A stretch of DNA of 64,000 nucleotides from Candidatus Magasanikiibacteriota bacterium (GTDB taxonomy: Bacteria; Patescibacteriota; Patescibacteriia; Magasanikbacterales; GWA2-37-8). Within the stretch, counting starts at the first letter, position 1, and each line of letters starts with the position of its first letter. Below the pieces are notes generated by a model. The model was not told the origin of the DNA. It was given only the letters and a program-made list of their open reading frames with translations, and ran no database searches. The translations under genes and the position numbers were made by a program. Location of the stretch: assembly GCA_943357105.1 (NCBI GenBank), contig CALRGC010000001.1, forward strand, positions 17,045 to 81,044, given 5' to 3'. Positions 59,518 through 64,000 of the stretch are shown one piece after another.

Positions 59518-59591
59518 TGCTCCCAGATGGACTTGAACCATCGACCACCAAATTATAAGTCTGGTGCTCTAACCAGCTGAGCTATGGGAGC
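59518..59591 (-). tRNA. tRNA-Ile(TAT)
   Basis: GCTCCCA/TGGGAGC acceptor stem, CCAGA-CTTATAA-TTTGG anticodon arm, GTTCAAGTC T-loop. Confidence 0.88.
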
Positions 59592-60254
59592 ATATTTAGC
59601 AGTTTCTGCCACTAACCTTAGCTGCATCATTATTTTTTGTTTTAATTCTACACTGTAAAATGCGATTCTGCAAGTCCCATGGCCAAATCCGCCCTTGTGG
59701 TTTATTCTGCTTAAATTAGTATTTTTTATGTATGGTTTTCTAAATTGTTTATGTGATATTTCTAAAATTTTAGACCAATAATTAGTTTCTTTTTTTATGT
59801 TCATATCATTATATAAATGCAACGTTACCACTAGGTCTTTTTTATTAATTTCGTATATATTTTTTAGCCATACAATAAAAAATTTAAGTATATCAGGGTC
59901 AGTGTTGGTAATTGCAACTTTAGACCAATCTGATTTTGATCCTTCTCCCCAGTAAAGAGCCAGACCGGTAAGCATAATATCTCGCCTTGATAATTTTTTA
60001 ATATTATTTTTTTCAGCACTGTATATTTCTTCAAGTTTTAGCACCCTCTTTTTTGCCATTGTTTGTCTAAATTTTTCAATCCTTGATTCGTTTCTGTCGC
60101 GTAATTTTTTAATAATAGATTTTGGTAGTGGATAATCTTTTAACCAGCTACTTAGGGTGCTTTTGGGCACCCCGAGCCTATTTTTTATTTGTGAATAACT
60201 CAAGTTTCTTTTTCGTAAAAAAATTACCTTTTCCCTCAATTTTATATTAGACAT
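59553..60254 (-). CDS. HTH plus LAGLIDADG-like domain protein overlapping tRNA-Ile
   Basis: SYSQI...LGVPKSTLSSWL HTH; GLALYWGEGSK single LAGLIDADG-like helix followed by NTDP. Confidence 0.7.
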   Translation of the reverse strand: MSNIKLREKVIFLRKRNLSYSQIKNRLGVPKSTLSSWLKDYPLPKSIIKKLRDRNESRIEKFRQTMAKKRVLKLEEIYSAEKNNIKKLSRRDIMLTGLALYWGEGSKSDWSKVAITNTDPDILKFFIVWLKNIYEINKKDLVVTLHLYNDMNIKKETNYWSKILEISHKQFRKPYIKNTNLSRINHKGGFGHGTCRIAFYSVELKQKIMMQLRLVAETAKYAPIAQLVRAPDL

Positions 60255-60403
60255 ATGAATGTATATATTATGGCACTAATCTATAGGTTCAATATTATAT
60301 TATTTTAGCATAAAAAATTAAAGAATTCAAATTTTAGTTTTATTTATTAGCTGTTTTATATAGGGTTGCCAAGGAGGCTAAAAATTGGTAAAATTGGAGC
60401 ACT

Positions 60404-60937
60404 ATGAATTGGAATGATAAACTATTCTTAAGGATTAATGCTAGTGTGGGCCAAAATCGTTGGCTGGATGCTTTTGGGCGCGCTGGGGCCGAATGGGTGG
60501 TAGTAGGCATGGGCGGTTGGTATGCTACCGTGAGCTTTATTTTGCATTATGGCAACCAGCATTTGATGTGGTTGCCAATTTTTACTTTTGCCGGTGCTGA
60601 AATTTTTGGTTTGCTAGTCAGTAATATATTAGGGCTAGTTTTTCAAGAAGTGAGACCACGTTTACGTTTCCCCGAGATTAAAATTTTGTTTTTGCCGGCG
60701 TCGCCTTGGAAATCTTTTCCTTCCGATCACAGCATGACAGTTTTTTTAATATTTTTTTTAGCGCTGGCCTTTGGTTTTCCGACTGCTTGGTCGCTCTTGC
60801 CGCTGGCTTTATGGGTAGCTTGGGGCAGAGTATATAGCGGCGTGCATTATCCAATAGATATTTTAGGCGGTATTACTTTGGCCGCGTTTGTGTCGGTGTT
60901 GGCCTGTGCCGTTTTGTTACATTTTAATTTGATTTAA
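60404..60937 (+). CDS. PAP2 family phosphatase (undecaprenyl-diphosphatase-like)
   Basis: RP, SFPSDH, GRVYSGVHYPIDILGG. Confidence 0.9.
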   Translation: MNWNDKLFLRINASVGQNRWLDAFGRAGAEWVVVGMGGWYATVSFILHYGNQHLMWLPIFTFAGAEIFGLLVSNILGLVFQEVRPRLRFPEIKILFLPASPWKSFPSDHSMTVFLIFFLALAFGFPTAWSLLPLALWVAWGRVYSGVHYPIDILGGITLAAFVSVLACAVLLHFNLI

Positions 60938-60944
60938 ATTCAAT

Positions 60945-61637
60945 ATGAAAGCGATTATTTTGGCTGGGGGACTTGGTACCAGGTTGCGTCCTTTGACGGA
61001 CATTACTCCCAAACCACTTTTGCCCATAAAAGGTAAACCAATCATTGAACATGCGATTTTGAATTTTAAAAAACACGGCATCAAGGATATTATTTTATCG
61101 ATTGGTTATAAGGCCGAAACTATTAAAGAATATTTTGGCGACGGAAAAAAATGGGAAGTGAAAATTAGTTACGCGGTGGAGGATCAGCCGCTTGGTACGG
61201 GCGGCGCCTTGAAGATGGCTTCGACGGGAGTGAAAGAAACTTTTGTGGCTATCAATGGCGACAATCTGGCGGATTTTGATTGGACTGCGGCAATAGAAAC
61301 GCATAAAAAAAATAAAGCTAAAGTGACTTTACAGCTTTTTCCGGTGGAAGATGTTACGAAGTTTGGAATCGCGCGTTTGGATGATGGGAAAATTGTGGAA
61401 TTTATTGAAAAACCAACAGTGGAACAGGCGCCTTCTAATTTGAATAATGCCGGTGGTTATATTTTAGAAGCGGATGCCTTGGATATTTTGCCGGAAGGGT
61501 TTTGTATGATTGAAAAGGATTGTTTTGAGAAATTAGCTTCGACTGGAGTGGTGTTTGCGCATCATCATGGTGGACAGTGGTTTCCGACGGACACGATTGA
61601 GAAATATACTCACGCGGATGAGAATTTTAATCCATGA
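60945..61637 (+). CDS. Sugar-phosphate nucleotidyltransferase
   Basis: LAGGLGTRLRPLT..PKPL, EDQPLGTGG, NGD, EKP. Confidence 0.9.
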   Translation: MKAIILAGGLGTRLRPLTDITPKPLLPIKGKPIIEHAILNFKKHGIKDIILSIGYKAETIKEYFGDGKKWEVKISYAVEDQPLGTGGALKMASTGVKETFVAINGDNLADFDWTAAIETHKKNKAKVTLQLFPVEDVTKFGIARLDDGKIVEFIEKPTVEQAPSNLNNAGGYILEADALDILPEGFCMIEKDCFEKLASTGVVFAHHHGGQWFPTDTIEKYTHADENFNP

Positions 61638-62503
61638 ATTTAATTTTTGAAAAATATAAATTTCTCCTCATTCCGACGGCACTGGCGATTTTTTTATTTG
61701 GAGGACTGCTGTCTTACAGACATTTTAGCCGGCCTAAGCGTGTGGCGATACCACCGCGGGCGGAAATAAATATTACGATTATTCCCGGGTGGAATTTGCG
61801 TCAGATCGCGGCCGATTGGCAGGCCAAAGGTCTGATAAAATCCGAGGATGAATTGTATGATTTGGTAGGCAAACCGGCTTATAATTACAAAGCGCATGCG
61901 CGCAGAGCGCCGGTTTTGGATTTTGTTTCCACTTCGAGCTTTGATTATTTTTTTGCCGGTAAATCAAAATATTTATCTTATGAGGGATATTTTTTACCGG
62001 ATACTTATCGGGTATATGCTGACGCGAACGCCAAAGATATTATCAAAAAAATATTTAATCATTTAGATGAAGATATTACTCCGGAAATGCGCGCGGAAAT
62101 TTCACGTCAAGGGAAAAGTTTCCAAGATATTTTAAATATGGCTTCGGTGGTGGAAAAAGAAGCGCCGACGGCGGATAGTATGGGGATGGTGGCGGATATT
62201 TTTTGGCGCCGCCTCAAGTCTGGTTGGCCTTTGCAATCTTGCGCCACGATAAATTATATCACCGGCAAAAATGATCCGGCCGCTTCGGCCAAAGACAAAG
62301 TGATTGATTCTCTCTATAATACTTATAAGTACCCGGGTCTGCCTCTTGGACCGATTAGCAACCCAAGTTTTAATGCTATTAAGGCCGTGATTTATCCGAT
62401 AAAAAATGATTATTGGTATTTTATGAGCGGTACGGATGGACAATTGCATTTCGCGAAGACTCTAGACGAGCACAATCGGAATGTTTATAAATATTTACGG
62501 TAG
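61634..62503 (+). CDS. mltG: Endolytic transglycosylase MltG
   Basis: EGYFLPDTY, ASVVEKE, YNTY..GLP.GPISNP. Confidence 0.9.
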   Translation: MNLIFEKYKFLLIPTALAIFLFGGLLSYRHFSRPKRVAIPPRAEINITIIPGWNLRQIAADWQAKGLIKSEDELYDLVGKPAYNYKAHARRAPVLDFVSTSSFDYFFAGKSKYLSYEGYFLPDTYRVYADANAKDIIKKIFNHLDEDITPEMRAEISRQGKSFQDILNMASVVEKEAPTADSMGMVADIFWRRLKSGWPLQSCATINYITGKNDPAASAKDKVIDSLYNTYKYPGLPLGPISNPSFNAIKAVIYPIKNDYWYFMSGTDGQLHFAKTLDEHNRNVYKYLR

Positions 62504-62517
62504 ACATAAATATTTTT

Positions 62518-63615
62518 ATGAAAACAAAAGATTTTGATTATTTTCTTCCACACGAATTAATCGCGCAATTCCCAGCGGAGCCGCGGGATTCTTCACGGTT
62601 GATGGTGGTGGATAAAAATACTCAGCAGACAAAGCATGAACATTTTTACGATATTATAAATTATTTGCAAGCAGGGGATTTGCTGGTGTGGAATAATTCC
62701 AAAGTTTTTAAGGCGCGTTTGCGGGGAACGATTGAACTGGATGAAAAAACCGCGGATACTAAAATTCCGGCCAATGCCACAGATAAAATTCTCAACGCCG
62801 CTAAGGTAGAAATATTTTTGGTGCGGCCGATGGAAAATTTTGGCGTGTGGAAGGCGCTGGCCAAACCAGGGAGAAAATTGCGCCTGGGAATAAAAATAAT
62901 ATTTGCTAAAGATTTTTTTGCGGAAGTAATTTCCAAAGAGAGTGATGGCACATTTTTATTGCAATTTAAAGATGATGATATGGAAGTGCGCGCTAAAGCC
63001 AATAAGTATGGCGAAGTGCCAACACCGCCATATATTAAATCCGGTGAATTTGCCAATTTGGATAAACGCTATCAGACGGTGTATGCCAAGCACGAAGGCT
63101 CGGTGGCCGCACCCACGGCCGGGTTTCATTTCACACCGGAGCTGATAGAGAAATTAGAAAAAAAGGGAGTGCAGTTTGCTGAAGTAACATTACATGTTGG
63201 ACTCGGTACTTTTATGCCAGTAAAGACTGAGGCAATCGAAGATCACAAAATGCACAGTGAATGGGTAGAGCTATCCGACAAAAATGCGCATCTAATAAAT
63301 AACGCCAAAGCCGAAGGTCGCCGCGTCATCGCGGTCGGCACTACTACTGTGCGCACCGTCGAAGGCTTGGCTCTAAAATTTGCCAAAGATCAGCTTGAAC
63401 CATATCAAGGCGATATAAATATTTTTATCACGCCTGGTTTTAAATTTAAAATGATTGACGCGTTGATTACCAATTTTCATTTACCGCAGTCTACACTTTT
63501 GATGCTCGTTTCCGCTTTTGCTGGTGACAGGGAATTTATGCTCAAATGTTATGAAGAAGCCGTAAAAGAAGAATATCGATTCTTTAGTTTTGGTGATGCG
63601 ATGTTGATAAAATAG
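62518..63615 (+). CDS. queA: SAM:tRNA ribosyltransferase-isomerase
   Basis: IAQFP..RDSSRL, YQTVYA..GSVAAPTAG, TNFHLP, FSFGDAM. Confidence 0.95.
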   Translation: MKTKDFDYFLPHELIAQFPAEPRDSSRLMVVDKNTQQTKHEHFYDIINYLQAGDLLVWNNSKVFKARLRGTIELDEKTADTKIPANATDKILNAAKVEIFLVRPMENFGVWKALAKPGRKLRLGIKIIFAKDFFAEVISKESDGTFLLQFKDDDMEVRAKANKYGEVPTPPYIKSGEFANLDKRYQTVYAKHEGSVAAPTAGFHFTPELIEKLEKKGVQFAEVTLHVGLGTFMPVKTEAIEDHKMHSEWVELSDKNAHLINNAKAEGRRVIAVGTTTVRTVEGLALKFAKDQLEPYQGDINIFITPGFKFKMIDALITNFHLPQSTLLMLVSAFAGDREFMLKCYEEAVKEEYRFFSFGDAMLIK

Positions 63616-63805
63616 AGAAACAAATATTTTTATTGAACGAACCGCTGAAAACACGAGGAAATAATTTGTGAGCCGACGAGGCGTGGCTGGCTCTGCTGTT
63701 TGAGGAGCGTCAAGCGACGAATTCAGAGCCAGAGCTTCGGCGGGTTGCAAATTATCCGAGTGTTTTCATAGGTGAGTGAGATAAAAATATTTGTTTCTCT
63801 ATTTT
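63609..63805. repeat. Palindromic structured element, family B copy 2
   Basis: 25-bp perfect outer inverted repeat; reverse complement aligns with 9451-9623. Confidence 0.85.
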
Positions 63806-63854
63806 TGAGAATAAAAAAATCCCTCGATTTTACTCGGGGGATTTTTAATTTATT

Positions 63855-64000
63855 TTATTCGATAGTCACACCCATCTGACGGGCAGTCCCTTCGATCATT
63901 TTCATCGCGGCCTCAAGGCTGTTCACTTTGAGATCCGGCAATTTCTTTTCAGCAATTTCTTTGAGCTGAGCTTTGGTCAATTTGCCAACTTTTTCACGCA
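63855..64000 (-). CDS. rplK: 50S ribosomal protein L11, C-terminal part (truncated by the window edge)
   Basis: [23 protein letters not shown]...[18 protein letters not shown]. Confidence 0.92.
   Translation of the reverse strand, partial: REKVGKLTKAQLKEIAEKKLPDLKVNSLEAAMKMIEGTARQMGVTIE

Overview
AT-rich bacterial chromosome segment using the standard genetic code. It looks like a Patescibacteria/CPR (Parcubacteria-like) genome, inferred from compact housekeeping genes, weak Shine-Dalgarno signals, a short Rel protein and a Cys-rich pilin-like protein. It carries housekeeping genes (adk, map, recO, asnS, parA/parB, tsaD, prs, pyrD, dusB, hup, rny, truB, infB, trxA, dnaE, uvrA, rplS, gmk, mltG, queA, partial rplK), a glycosyltransferase cluster, a nucleoside/MTA salvage cluster, toxin-antitoxin genes, RNase P RNA and five tRNAs, one of them an unusual Ile(UAU). 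The most notable non-routine signals are: (1) a complete type III hammerhead ribozyme at the 3' end of a GC-rich orphan gene cassette; (2) three families of dispersed intergenic palindromic elements, two of them T-shaped, whose cores are conserved or covary while their outer arms are locus-specific inverted repeats that often overlap neighbouring stop codons; (3) two LAGLIDADG-type genes abutting or reading into tRNA genes; (4) a GC-rich RNA-like region with CCUCCUCCC hairpin loops upstream of truB; (5) a possible orphan DGR target gene; (6) lesions in infB (deletion and frameshift) and rnj (in-frame TAG). No CRISPR array, rRNA, transposase or reverse transcriptase is visible. All calls come from reading the sequence; no database searches were run.
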